From: Pelomyxa schiedti
Lineage: Eukaryota > Protista > Evosea
Length of the DNA: 64,000 bases
Direction: 5' to 3'
NCBI GenBank assembly: GCA_020536535.1
Contig: JAHLWZ010000590.1
Location: 1-64,000 of the forward strand
Shown: piece by piece, positions 49,396-64,000 of the stretch
Layout: each line of letters opens with the position of its first letter
How positions within the stretch are numbered: position 1 is the first letter of the stretch
Notes under the pieces: model-generated
Told to the model about the DNA's origin: nothing
Seen by the model: only the letters and a program-made list of their open reading frames with translations
Database searches by the model: none
Translations under genes and position numbers: made by a program

Positions 49396-51166
49396 ATGAA
49401 ACCGGCGCGCAATAAGCCAGTGTCGGCAACGTCGTCAGCCGGCAACACCCCGCTGTCGTCCCAACGCGGCCCAACTTCGTCGGCCACAGGCAGGCCCCAT
49501 CACCAGCAGCAGCAGCGTGCGCGGAAGCCCACCAACCAACAGCAGCCAGGGGGCGGGGGCACGGGCACGCCACACTCCGTGGCCCAGTCCACGCCGTCGT
49601 CCCACAACTCCAGCAGGCAGAACCTCCTCCGGCACTCCCAGGCCCGCACCAAACCACACGAAGACGACGCGGTCCACGCTCACGGCAGCAGCAGCTACGA
49701 CGGCGGCGGCGACGACGACGACGCCGACGCGGAGCGGGCCGGCCGGCGGTCGCCGTCGCCCTCCTCCTCCGGCGGGCGGCGTGGCGCCGAGGCCGACGAC
49801 AGGGTCCGCCCAATGGGGGCTTCCATCCGCTCCAAGCCCCGCTCGCGTTCGCCCTCCCCATCCGACGGGGACGGGGACGAGGACGACGACCGCCGGCGCG
49901 ACGACGGCGACTCATCGGGGTCGCCCGAGACTCTGCAAGTAAAGCCCGTGAGTAGTAGCACGAGACGACCACAAGCCCGCGAGAACAGCAACGCAAACAA
50001 CACCACCAACAACAACAACAACAGCAACACCACAGCCAACATGCCCGAAATTCGCGGAAGCAAGGTCAGGCTGCCCCCTATTCGAGACAAACGTGGGCGC
50101 CCGCCCCCTCCTTCTGGGAATGTGGCTGCTGCTACTACTGCTACTGCCACCACTACCACAACCACGACCACATCATCGTCTGCGAATCTCGGGAGCAGCC
50201 CTTTGGCGCAGTCGGCCTCGGTGTCTGCCACTACCGCCGCGACTATTGAGAACTTGCGTAAGACCAATGTGCAGTCCACCACCGCGCAGCAGATGCTCTC
50301 CGTGCCAACTGGAATGCAGTCTGGTGTCAACTTCCAGCTCATGGTAACAGGGCAAATAGAGTCTTGTCAGGTATACACTCGTTCTTGTGCTTCGTGGGTG
50401 TTGTGTTGGTCTACCTGGTCGTTTTGGATTTCATGCCCACACATCAGATAGCAGGATCCAGTTCTCTTCTCGCGAGGTATGAATTCGTCCATGGGAATGA
50501 TTGGACCATTATATCTGTATGTACTTCTTGGAAACACAAAAATTCGCATCACTCCATTTCATCGACTTTTCAGGGAGTGGAAAAAGGAATCACCCAAACC
50601 AGTCTACAAACTTCCTCTGACATGGAACACACCAACGGCCCTGTGGCCGTGTGGAACCATCCACTTGAAATAGCTTTTAGCTCCAATAATCCGTACGTAA
50701 CTCCTTAATATTACCTTGCTCACTTGTCTAGATACGGGTGGCCACAGCTAGTTGTATGTGTATATGGCCCCGATTTTCTGGGACGGGAGGTTATTCAAGG
50801 CTATGGGGTTATGCATTTACCCATAAGCTCTGGCAGGTAGTTGTACAGTCAATAAATTCAAATGAAACTCAACCAACTACTTAAGCAAGTCGAACTAACT
50901 GTGGGTGCAGATTTGTAAAGTACATGACATTATGGACTCCACTATCACCTTCATCAATGGAACAAATGACCACGTTTTTCATTGGTCAAAGACCAGAATA
51001 TATAAATCCCATATTCATAAGCCAAGGCGCCGGCAGAGAAGGTATTTCCTCTTTTTTCCACAATATTCTAAAATGTCCCTTCAGTAACAAAGGTTCGATC
51101 ATATGGGAAACTGAAAGTTTCCCTCGATGTAATTACAAAGGGAATGACAGCTATGGGCTATTCTAA
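49396..51166 (+). CDS. B9D1: B9 domain-containing protein 1 (ciliary transition zone) with about 300-aa low-complexity N-terminal extension
   Basis: FQLMVTGQIESCQ, YEFVHGNDW, VWNHPLEIAFSSNNP, YGWPQLVVCVYGPDFLGREVIQGYG, FFIGQRPEYINP...QGAGRE, VTKVRSYG...MGYS-TAA. Confidence 0.88.
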
Positions 51167-51232
51167 GCCCTCAACAAACCCCTCCCAACTTCTGTAAAGT
51201 GTAACCAAAAACAAAAAAAAATGTGTTTAAAT

Positions 51233-52237
51233 TCAACACAGTGTTGTGTATTCACCAGGAACAAGGGGTGCCAAACCAAGTTCCCTTACATAAGCAACAT
51301 CACTCACACCATAGCCGGTAACAAATACATTTCCCGCATAACCCCTAGCATTGAGCTTGGCAAGGTAATTCTTAATGTCCGCAAGGGAAGCGTGTTCCTC
51401 ACTCCCATTCCTGCGAGCATCCAGCACAACAGTACTTGCAACAGAGAGTGCATCATAAAGTGGCTCACAGAACCCTGAATCAGCACCATATCCCAGAATG
51501 GCCTTCCCGGCATAATACCTGCAAAAAAGGTATTACACAGCTGTTTTGAAAAGGGGGCAAAGAATGAGTAGAACATACAATATGAAACCATATGTAGGTG
51601 TTGAAGAGTGCCTGCACAACAAAGTCTCAATTTGGACCCTCACAGAGGGTGACAATTCCACATCAGACTTGGATCCCACAATCCCAAAGGGCGGTGACGT
51701 CGAGACCGGGGTGGCCGCGGGCAAGTCCAACCAATGTTTGGCCCAGTATCCCTCTAGTGGCAGTCCAGTCTCAAACAAATTGCTAAATTCGGCCATCCTG
51801 TGGAGCCTGAGCTCGACACCAACCGGCTGGGCTGCGATAACTATCTTGCGACGATCTGCCACAGGGGCAGATGTCGCCAGGACGAAGGGAAGCTCGGCAG
51901 CGTGGTCACTGTGATTATGGGTGACAAGAATGTGGCTGGGAAGGCTCTAGTGTATATGGTCAGAGAGTGATTAGTGTGATGCCCTGTAAGTAAGGGAAGT
52001 AACAGGGCGAGGGCGATGGCGGCGGAGTGTTGCATTATTATGGGATAGTGACTGACAAACGGTGTAATGGGACAAGAAGCAACGAGTGACACCGTAGCCG
52101 ACGTCGACCACCATCAGAGGCGACGGCGAGGCAGTTTCAGAGGGAGGCCGTGCGCATTCAAGGGCAAACGAGGAGCAAACCTCGCCTGTGTATATGCTGT
52201 CACCTCCCTTGCCGACTCCACAGCACCAGAGCTTCAT
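51233..52237 (-). CDS. Metallo-beta-lactamase-fold hydrolase (RNase Z/PqqB-like)
   Basis: MKLWCCGVGKGG...SSFAL...MVVDVGYGV; ILVTHNHSDHAAELP (HxHxDH); CRHSSTPTYGF; EEHASLADI. Confidence 0.75.
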
Positions 52238-52661
52238 CCCCAAACAGAAAAAAAACGAGGGGAAACAGGGTTGATGTCAACAGAACAACGAACAGCTAGT
52301 GGGCAGAAGCAGCCCTCTTTGATTCGAGATGGGCGTCCAGAGTTGGTTGGTACATTATACAGTTAAGGGTGAGAGATGGTGGGCGGTTAGAGAACCAGCT
52401 ATTCAACTAAGATCAGGTGGTCCAAAACGAGTTGCAGATTTTCTAATGATAGTAGGCCGAGGCCATTTTTATCCTGTGATGTTTCTGTCAGTTTTGGTTC
52501 CATAAAAACCCACGTGGACATTTTTTTCCATCAGCCATTTTTTTAACATTGGATCTGGTGCGAATTACGAAGCGCAAGCCGCGGTACTAACGACAAACAC
52601 GCCAACCGAAACGAAACGAACATCTATAAATGACCTTCGTTTTAACATCGCGCGTCCCATA

Positions 52662-54609
<1,948 letters not shown>

Positions 54610-54717
54610 CTATAAATGGAAGGGCACCACACATGTACAAGGATCAGATAGAGAATCAATCATTCAAGCAAGCGCACTCACTCTGTGGCACCAAATTTTG
54701 GTTTTCGGTTTTTTTTT

Positions 54718-55798
54718 CTAGGTTATTTGTTGTTCTTGTTTTTGTAATAAAACCGCTTTATTTTTCTGGTACTCTGTTTCCCACAACTTTAGTGCTTGCA
54801 CCTGATAAGAAGCCAGTGAGACTTGGCTTCGTGCTGCTCGAAGGTGCGTGATGGAGTCCTCAACAGTGGCACAAACCCCACATTTTATCAGAACTGCACA
54901 GGCCACTGTGGCACTGCGCCCAATGCCATAACTGTGGTTTGTTGTTAGAGAGGAAGTATTTAGGGTGACTTTTCGCTTGCCAGCAGTGAATCAAAACTGG
55001 TTTGTTGGCCTTTCTCTCTGCCAGGACCCAGGATGTTGCTTTCTCAATATTTTGAGGGGACAGCGGTTCCATCCCAGGTTGGTATATTCAAGTAATTTCC
55101 AAAACGGTGTATCTATTGGCCTAAGATCACTTTAATTCTGTGGTACCTTACAGAAGGGAGTTCGCAAGTGAGGTCAAGAACGCTCTCAAAGGGGGGTCCT
55201 TGTGGGGATGTTAGGTTTGTCTCGGAAAAAGTACTTGCTTGCAGAAGCCCACGACGCGTCAAATTTAACGAATGCAGGGAAGCCGCCAAGGTATATACCA
55301 TCGTGAATTTTACTTTAACAGTTAATATCTTAGCAAGAAATGCTAATATTAAAAGAGTACCTAATAACAGGCAACCCCTTACGCGGCAAAATGATTCTTT
55401 TGAAGTGGATATACCACAACTGAGCCAAAATCCACGGACCAAAGATAATCAACACAATCACAGGAATGGCACCAGTGTCTTCGCTCTTCCTGCAGGTTTT
55501 TTTTTGTAAAAAAAGATTCACCGTAAATATGAATAGCTCCTATTTGAAGGTAATCATCATGGCCATACATAGTGATCGTGTTACAATTAGTAGCCATTGA
55601 CCATGCCACGATACCCAACGTGAAACCGACGTGGGCCAAAAACGCCCCCAACACGCACGCCCACCCGAAACTCCCATAATCGCGCAACGAGGCAGCGGGC
55701 GGGGAACATAGAGTGCGTAAAACGACTGCTGCCGAAGCGGCACAGGAAGCAACCGACAGCGACGACAGAAACACCACACGACGCACGCTGAACGACAT
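54718..55798 (-). CDS. Membrane-anchored dual-specificity (CX5R) phosphatase
   Basis: Several hydrophobic helices, then VLDLTCELP, KPVLIHC-CYGIGRSATVACAVL...HLRAARSQV; the active-site motif is rebuilt across a GC-AG intron. Confidence 0.75.
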
Positions 55799-56136
55799 TC
55801 CGCGAAGCACAGGTGGTAGTTGTGATTGGAACCAACTTAAGGGTTTCTCAGAGATGGGATGCTTCCTGGCATAAACACGCGCACCAACAGGAATGCGGGA
55901 ACAATATCAAGTGCCGAATGATTCGATTTCTGATCAATTTGCTCACGACTTGGTGTCAGATCCATGTTCGTTTGTCAACAGCTTGTATTTCGGAACTTAA
56001 AAAAAAAAAAAAAAGAAAAAACAGTAGCCGAACGTGCCGTTACAGCTCAACACAGTGTTCTTTGTGCGTCTTTAATCGTTCATTTGCGTGTTTCAACTCA
56101 CTGCTGCAGTACCAACAAACCCGCAGATCTCCGTAA

Positions 56137-57931
56137 ATGCAGTGGTTATCCAGTTGGTGGGGCTCCGGATCTAATGCTCCTATTCCTACCGGCGATGACT
56201 TTCACGGCGAGGTTCCTGTTTCTTCGTACATTCCTACGACCTCGTATGCTCTGGCAAGGAAGCCTCGTGTGTTGAGATTTTCACCGGACCAGTTTTTTAG
56301 ACTCAACATACCGCCTTCTGGTTCTCCGAGTGTTAGGGCTGCTTATGATGTATGTACTCCTACCTTTCGCTTTCGGTTTGACTCAAACTATACAAGTACC
56401 CTCTTGTATCAAATGTCGATATCGCAGACGAGCAGACTCTGAAAATTTCGTTTGCTAAAGATGGAGTGCCTCCACTTGTTTTCAGATCCAAGAATGGAAC
56501 CGAAGCACAAACTGTCGTTACTACATTGCGCAACAAATGTAACTTAACGGCGGCATCACCGCGTTATGGCTTTGTGTCCTCCTACTGCCGTGCAAATGAC
56601 AGCGCTCGCGCTCACAACATATCTCCCGATCTGCAGGAAAGTGCACATAACATTATATCCTCACATAGAACACCGAGTGGACCCCATTCTTCAACACTAC
56701 CAACTGCTTATGTTCCTGGCACTATGCGTGAGGGGCCTCTTGCAGTAGTTATTGATACTGGTAGCCATATGTGTAAACTCGGTTATGCTGGTTATGAGGC
56801 ACCTTTCGTCTGCGTTCCAACAGTTGTTGGTGCCCCCCGCACTTCAACGGGCATGGGGCAACAAGAATTGATTGTAGGGGCTGAGGCAAAAGCCTTACAC
56901 AGCAAGCTGGCTCTGAGAAACCCAGTCACTCGCGGAGTTATCCAAAATTGGGAAGATATTGTCCACATTTGGACGCAGGGTTATCGAGTAAGCAACGCTT
57001 TTCCTCAAATTCTTTACTCACCCAATCAGATTTTAGGTGCTAAACCACATGAGCACCCTGTCTTGTTGACCGAGTCTATAAACAATCCCCGACAATGCCG
57101 TGCCAACATGGCTTCTATCATGTTTGAATCCTTCAAAGTACCGTCTTTGTATTTTGTTGTTCAGCCAGTTCTTTCTCTGCTCGCACAAGGACTAAGCTTT
57201 GGTATGGCGGTTGATGTTGGAGATGGCGTTATACAGTGCGTTCCAGTCTCCAATGGCGCGCCAGTACCTCGTTGCAGCAGGGTACTGGATTTTGCCGGCC
57301 AAGATATTACAAACTACTTAATGTCTTTGTCAAATGATGAAATGGGGAGGTAATACTCGTCGTGCAGTGTCCTTCCACTTACCTGTCTTTTAGGTCTACA
57401 TGTCCTGGTTTAACTGGTGATTTCCTGGGAGCAGAAAAGCTGAAAGAAGAAAATGCAAGAATACTACTTAATCCCACCTGGGGAACCTCAAGGGTAGTGA
57501 CCAGTACTTCCACAACAACGACGTCTTCGTCAAGTGCTTTCACTCAGTGCATGGAGTTGTTATTTAACCCATCCTTACTGTTCGGAGCTAAGACCGCTAA
57601 TGTGGGTTTGCACACCGCCGTCTGGGAGGCTATCAAAGCTTGCACTGACCCAGAGCTACAAACCCAAATGCTGGCCTCTATTGTACCAAGTGGTGGTACA
57701 ACCAATGCCAGTGGATTTGATGAAAGACTTAGGCAAGAGCTTACTGTTCTAGCACCTCCCCAAATGAACGTGCAAGTACTCCAACCACACCCCAAACGTA
57801 ACCGGGCCTATTCTGCGTGGATTGGTGGCTCCACTCTGTGCTCTCTGCCCATGTTTGACCAAATGCTCATCAGCAAAGCACAGTATGATGAATACGGAGC
57901 TTCTGTGCTCAACAACTGCTGGATGTCTTGA
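56137..57931 (+). CDS. Divergent actin-related protein with N-terminal extension
   Basis: VVIDTGSHMCKLGYAG..P..VPTVVG.P; PVTRGVIQNWED; HPVLLTES; MFESFKVPSLY; VDVGDGV; AGQDITNYL; SGGTT...GFDERL; YSAWIGGS.L.SL..F.QM.ISKAQYDEYG. Confidence 0.88.
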
Positions 57932-58067
57932 CCCACTCCCTTTCCTTTTGTTTTTTTTTGGCTTTGCGCCTGGCACAACAACAAACAACACAACATGTAG
58001 ATTTTTTCTTTGTCAAATTTCTATTGTTCCTCCAAAGGTGACTTGTTTCTCAGTCCGGGCCCCCAGA

Positions 58068-60777
58068 CTAGAAGCCCAGAGCCCTGCGCCGCGCCGCAGC
58101 GTCCTGGTACCCAAGGGACTCCGCCTTGCCATACAAACTAGCAGCTTCCTTGGGGTTCTTGGGCACCCCGGTGCCGGACTCGTAGCACAGTCCCAAGTGG
58201 TAGAGAGCCCGGCCGCTCGAGGGGTGTGCCAGCGTGGCCTTGCTCAGCAGGGCGTAGCACTGGCCGGGGTCCGCGACGGTGCCGACGCCGGTCTTGAAGC
58301 ACAGCGCGACGTTGATCTCGCCGTCGGGGTTGCCGATCGCCTTGGACTTGACGTAGAGCTGCAGGGCGCGCTTGCCGTCCTTGGGGATGGTGGCGGTCCC
58401 GCCCTCGTAGATGGCGCCGAGGGCGTTGGCGGCCGCGGCGCTGCCGGCCGCGCAGGCGCGCTCGTACCACTCCACGGCGGACTCGACGCTGGCGGGCCGC
58501 GAGTACTTGCCATAGTGGCTCCACGTGGCCACCTCGTACAGCGCCTCGCAGTCCCCCGACTCGGCCGCCTTGGCGACGAGCCTGACGCCGCGCTCCGTGT
58601 CCTGCGGCGTCGCCGGCGTCTTGGCCAGGAGCTCCGCGCCGAGGATGTAGCCGGCGCCGGTGTGGCCCAGCGCCACCGCCTTCTCGAAGGCTGCCGTGGC
58701 CGCCGCGGCGTCCTGCGCCACTCCGACGCCGTCGCGGAGCGACACGCCCCAGAGCGAGAGTGCGCCGAGGAATCCGGTCTGCATCGACTTGCGGTACAGG
58801 GATGCCGACTTGCCTTTGTTCACAGGGGTCCCCCAGCCGAACTCGTGCTGCCTGGCCAGTAGGTACATGGCTCCGCCGTGGTTTTGGCGCGCGAGGTGGT
58901 GGAAGGCCCGGAACGAAACGGCGTAGTCCTCGAGCACGTAGAACGCCCACATGCCGATAAAGAAGGAGACGGCCGAGTTGGTGAAGCCAGGAAACTGTGC
59001 CTGCAGGTCATTGTAAAGTTCAGTGCCGTCGTCAATTGCTTCAGAATTCTGGAACTGGTGGATGTTGATGCTGTTTTTCAGAGCCGTCTCTCGCAGCGGG
59101 CAAACCCCAATCATGCACTCAGGTGGAGGGGCAGGAAGTGCTGCCGTTCCATATGTTAAGACCAAGGCCCTGTACACAATAATAGCTGGGAAGTAGAATG
59201 TGCCCATCTTGCGTGCTGCGTGCATTGCTTTCTTAAGTGTGCGTACACAATCTTTCAGGTTGCCACACTCCCATTGTTGCAGTGATTCCGTTACCCACTG
59301 CTTGGCATTGCGCTTTTTCTTCTTTGGTTTGGTAGGTTCGCCTCCTGAAGACAGTAGAGGAGAAGGCGAGGGTTGAGTTGTTGGGTTTGGGGGTTGGACA
59401 GGGTTTGGAGTAGGTGTGACTGGTTCTGGTTTCGTCACTAATGTAATGAGAGGTGACTGGAACATTGCAGCAGCTTGTACGGCAGCCATTGCTGCTTTTT
59501 CGTGCCGGTGTTTGTGGCGTCTGGGCTGGGAGACATCTGGAGATGAAACGGTAGTTTCTGATGAACTGGTTGTTGATTCTGAAGATGATACTTGGGGAGT
59601 TGTAGCAATCACAGGGTTTGGTGTTACCACAGGATTTGGTGTTACTACAGGGTTTGGCGTTACTGTTGGTTGTGCAACCGGGGGACTGGCAAGTGTCACA
59701 TCTAAAATAAGGTGACAAGATAGACTGACAAAAAAAAAGAGAAACTTGATGTCTTGACCAGATCTCCTAGAAGCAATGGGGAGTTTTGCATTGCTAAGTC
59801 AACTACAATCAGAGATGGGGTGTCCACAACTGATGTTACCATTAATTCTGTTTCCGGTTCTAAAAGAACCTCTGTTTAATGTGAGTGCTGCACTGTTTTC
59901 CAGTGAATGGAAACAACCTTTCTCTGCGGGAATACAAGAAAAAGGTGACACGTCATAGCCCCAGCAATCACCTCGAATTATGAAAAGAGTTCCTTGACAT
60001 TGTCCAGTTTTCTTATCTTTTATAAAGCCTTTGGTGACTTCCATGTCAACAGAAGTGGAGCTCATCGTGTGCCATACAACCTTATTGCCTGTTTGAAAGG
60101 GTTGGGGAAAATTTTAAACCCCAAGAAGGCTTTGGCATTTACCAGGAAAATAATGTGCACTGTCAGTGTTGACTCGTGATGTTATCCCCCTAAAGAGTGC
60201 TGCGCCTGGGGGGTAAAACTTCGGCAGTGACCTCAACGCCTGAAGGAGAAGGAAAATGTATCCCCTCCAACGTCTCAGTTGAAGCATATTGCGTTGGAAC
60301 AGAGCTCTGTTTAAAATACAGTAGGGGTTGTTATCCCCAAGGTCACCAAAGTCAAAAGTGTACAAGGCAATTGCAGCAGCTAGGAAACCCAAAGTCAGCC
60401 AAAAGAACTATAACTTGTGCCACATTCCCTAAATAGAAAAACATACCATGTTCGAGAGATATAGGAGGGCATTTTCCCGCCACGGATTTTGCCACTTCCA
60501 TGCACACTTCTGTCACCTATTGGAGGAAAGAAAACCCATAAGTAGTCTATCATATAAAAAAACAAACAAACAAACACGCAGGGAAGTGGTGTCTAAAGCC
60601 TACATTTTCCACATTGGCTATCTTTGTGTCATTGCACGCCTCCCTCAAAGTAGCAGGGGGCACAAAATCCGCGGGGTAAAGCCTCACCAAGTCCCCAAGT
60701 GATTTTATCGCCGCATCAGCATCCAACATGGAAGTCTTGCGTGAAAAACCCGGCGTGCCCGTTGTCGTTGCCGTCAT
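58068..60777 (-). CDS. Mono-ADP-ribosyltransferase (R-S-E class) domain fused to a linker and SEL1-like repeats
   Basis: AIALYTFDFG...NPYCILNRAL...LFRGI; WHTMSSTS; GTLFII...GYDVSPFS..PAEK spliced to EVLLEP; an in-frame splice into the 543-aa ORF with repeated A...LG..Y..G.G...D...A...Y..AA..G motifs. Confidence 0.8.
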
Positions 60778-60997
60778 TCCTTTTATTGATTGTACAAAGC
60801 CACTCTGGTTGGTTTGTTTTTGTCTGATTCCAGGAAGAATGGGTTGAAAAATAAAACTAACAACAGCCAAAGAGCTGTTCGTTTTTCGTTGTGGTTTCCT
60901 TTCCATAAAAACATTCGTAAGAATCGTTTATTATGGCAAGAGAAACCATCTTTTGATGCGCCGGCTGAGTCTTTCGCTTATGATTACTGCTGCGTGT

Positions 60998-62069
60998 TTA
61001 ATTTCTGCATGTATTGTAGCTCCCACAGTGTTGACACTTGAGGCCAAGTACATGAAAAGGGCATGAGCTGACAGTGTGACACTGTTTACACAGGATTGAT
61101 ATTGTGAGGTTCCGGTATTCTTCTGGCATGGGTGTTTCCGCAATCTCCTGATCAAGGGCTTCGGTTGCATCTCGTGTATCAACGCATTCACGGCCACACG
61201 TTGGGCAGCAGGAGAGTCCTTTTTTCAGCATTTTCTTTAAGCATGCACAATGAAGACTTTTTTCTTAAGTTAGTAGGCAGTTTCAGGTGTTTTCGTTTTA
61301 TTACCTGTGTCCGCATGCCAATGTACTGCATGGACTCGTAGATGTAAACATTAACTCGAAGCATATAGGGCAAGCACTATGTAATAAATTTTCAGTGCAC
61401 TTATGTTCACCCCTTGGTAGACATGTATTGCACTTGCTGCAGTGCTGGTAATCCGTTGGAGACAAACCCTTTCCTGCCACTCTACATAAGCCACATGCGG
61501 TGCAGTGCCAAATCTTCTTTTCGGGGGTGTCATCATAAAATATACACACAGGGCACCAGTAACACGCAAAATCATTGGAACAAGATTGACATGTGCGAGT
61601 TGGAGGCTGTTCCTAACAGATATATGTTGTGAATAACGGACAAAGCCAATCGGTTTTTGGCGCGAGTATCTTACCGTTCTGCATAACAAACATCTAACAC
61701 GCTTTACTGCACGTCTGTCCATTTCCTCCACACCGCACGATCTACCTTAATAGAGGAATTAAATGGTTATGGAAAAGAAAAGGGTAACGTCATAAAAGCA
61801 CCATTTTTGTAATACCTGCTCTGGTCATCATAGTTCCATCTGCGACTCCTTCGTTATGGCAAAACCTTTAACAAACGTAACCGCGCGGAACCGCTACACA
61901 AAAAGGTACAAAACCCTTATGAGAGAAAACCTCGCCAACAACAAAGAAAAAGGGGGGGGGAACCAAAAAAAAAAAAAAACCTGCAAGAGACCCAATTTCC
62001 ACAACACGGCGCCAACAATTCGCAATTTCTTCGGTAGTGTCGACATCCCCTTGGCTCCGCGGCACTCAT
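60998..62069 (-). CDS. RCHY1: CHY zinc finger / RING E3 ligase (Pirh2-like)
   Basis: GCRHYRRNCELLAPCCGNWVSCR; WHCTACGLCRV; HKCTENLLHSACPICFE; CGH; DQEIAETPMPEEY...ILCKQC...FHVLGLKCQHCGSYNT. Confidence 0.92.
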
Positions 62070-62458
62070 CGCTCACCACGGATTATGAGTTGATTATCTG
62101 ATCCTCAGGACCCGATCACGCCGGCGAGACAGGTCTCTGATCATCCCCCGAGTTCCGAACTACTGATTTCATTTCCCTTAGCGCCCAAAGAACCTTGTGA
62201 TATCTACAGCTGGAGCTCCGAACCTCGCCGGAAGGTGAGGATCTTCCGGACTGGTACGAAGGGAGTTCTTGCTTATTTCGTCCACGAGACCCATACCAGG
62301 AAGGCACAACCACACTCCGACAGTCAAAATCAGGTGATTATGCTTCGCCGATTGAACATATCTCGCTGTGCTGTGAGTTTGAAACATTCGCGAAACCAGC
62401 CTTTATAAGCTCCTCGAAAACCTGCAAACCAACCAAACAAACTTTGCAATAAACAGCT

Positions 62459-64000
62459 ATGAAAGCACTACTAGGGTCACACAACAAGATATCCGACTCG
62501 AGCGTCAGCCTCGGCATGAGCCCGAGTGCGAGCAGTATACACTTGGTAGGAATTGGGACGCCAATTGACTATGCTCGTGTAATGAATAAAAGGTTGGTTC
62601 CGTAGTCTTCGTTGGGTCAGTTTGTTCTAATTTAGCGCCAGTAAAACTGCAGGAGTATGCTCCTTGATGGTTGTCGTGCCAGTAGTCGCAGTAAGTGTAG
62701 TGACATTAATTGTATTAAGTACTTTGGCTCCTATGACGGCATTATGGGTCAAATCCCTTGATTCGCTGTCTGGAACATGTACCACAAGCATTTACAAGGT
62801 TTCTGTGGAATTTTTTCTTCCGGTGGTAGTAGAACTAATCGCAGCGACAGGAGATTGACGTGTACAGAACGCTTCTTGTTGAGAAGAGTGTAACAGCATT
62901 GGCCAACAAGATGAACGTACCTCCAATCGTAGCCGCATCGGCCAAGATTGCCATACCAGAGTCTGTATATCTGAATCCGCTCCCTCTAGGAGTTGATCCG
63001 ACTGGTTCAATGATGATTATCAGAGGCTTGGCCAGCCAATACCCCACTATAAACAACATGGTGTGCTTTCGCCGAAAACCTTTAAATTGTCAAGTTAGCT
63101 AACTTCTTTGAAGTGCGCAGGTTGGGTCAACGCACAAGGGGCTCACCTGTACACTGACAGTCAGACTTATTGGGGCTGGTATGATAGCAATATTAACGCC
63201 ACCCCAACGTTCTGCTACATTGATGACGGAATCCCCACCTTTTGCAGACGCAAACCAAACGCCCTCACAAATTACAATCTCACCATCAGAGCTTGGTGGT
63301 GAGTACACCTTAGTTTCTAACAATTCCTAACACCCACAAGGCAAATGGGGCTCACAGCGTGGGAGGGAGCCTGGACTTCTGTCTATTCATCGTCAAACCC
63401 CCTCGATGGAAGAGTGATTGCATACACTCTGAGGGCGAGCGCCACGCAAATTGCAGTAATTCAGGTGGCCTACAGCATCAAATTCCTGGAGACATTTTTT
63501 ACCTCTCTCAACTTGACTGAGCATGGAGTGGCTTTCTTGGTCGAAACAGGGACTTTGAAGTTAATTGCAGGATCTGTTGGTGTGCAGATTTTGACACCCA
63601 CTAATGGAGATATCTATGCCCCGAATTCGCCCGACCTTTTTGTTGCTGCAGCTACTCAACAGGTTCGGTTCTCAAACTTTGTGTTTAAAACGTGTACCTA
63701 AACTTCGGATAAAAAACAAAAACTCAGTGGGTTAATGACACTGGTGGAACGCCTGCTGAAAGGCATATGGAAGTAGTGTTGAATGGGACTCACTCTTTTA
63801 TCGATGTCGCTCCAATTCGGGCAAATGGGGGGCTTGTTCTGTGGCTATTTTTGATCACACCTGAAGAGGTTTCTTACTTGCATACAGTCCATACGAAGTG
63901 ACAAAAAACCAGGATTTCTTGCAAGATATTGACGACGAGCAAGACAAGGCTGTTGATCACGCTTACTTCCTTCTGTGGGTGCTGTTAGGTGTAGAATTGG
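62459..64000 (+). CDS. Transmembrane receptor-like protein with probable Cache sensor domain (3' truncated by window end)
   Basis: TM segment VVVPVVAVSVVTLIVLSTL followed by AWTSVYSSSNPLDGRVIAYT...IAVIQVAYSIKFLETFFTSLNLTEHGVAFLVETGTLKLIAGS (Cache-like pattern). Confidence 0.55.

Noticed and set aside
62225-62250. Hairpin CCGGAAG-GTGAGGAT-CTTCCGG in a divergent intergenic region
   Set aside because: An isolated 7-bp stem with no other supporting features.

Overview
Gene-dense eukaryotic nuclear DNA with many short GT-AG introns, standard genetic code, one scaffold gap and long poly-T tracts. The gene content (TLDc, ART and SEL1 fusions, Cache-type receptor, SDHC, ciliary B9D1) suggests a flagellated amoebozoan such as an archamoeba; this is inference only. 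About 30 protein-coding loci are recognisable, including NFRKB, GH20 hexosaminidase, NPRL2, TXNL4B, PTEN, SDHC, B9D1, RCHY1, a homeobox gene and an actin-fold fusion. The main finding is a circularly permuted tRNA gene at 12423-12604. Its 3' half (anticodon arm, T arm, acceptor 3' strand) lies upstream of its 5' half (acceptor 5' strand, D arm). The halves rebuild a 71-nt tRNA-Gly(GCC)-type cloverleaf, have complementary leader/trailer flanks forming a relaxed BHB-like junction, and are followed by a T10 Pol III-type terminator. To my knowledge such genes are reported only from some algae, a nucleomorph and one crenarchaeon. Other notable items: a pseudo-GTPase-Kelch-F-box-Hint(Vint) protein, a sirtuin-YEATS fusion, an ART-SEL1 fusion, a Crinkler-type REase-kinase, an F-box-galectin, a five-repeat cysteine-poor SUEL-like lectin built by exon duplication, a MITE-like element, a multiply deleted SOD pseudogene and a GC-AG intron inside a phosphatase active site. 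All exon structures were inferred by eye, so gene ends are approximate where stated.
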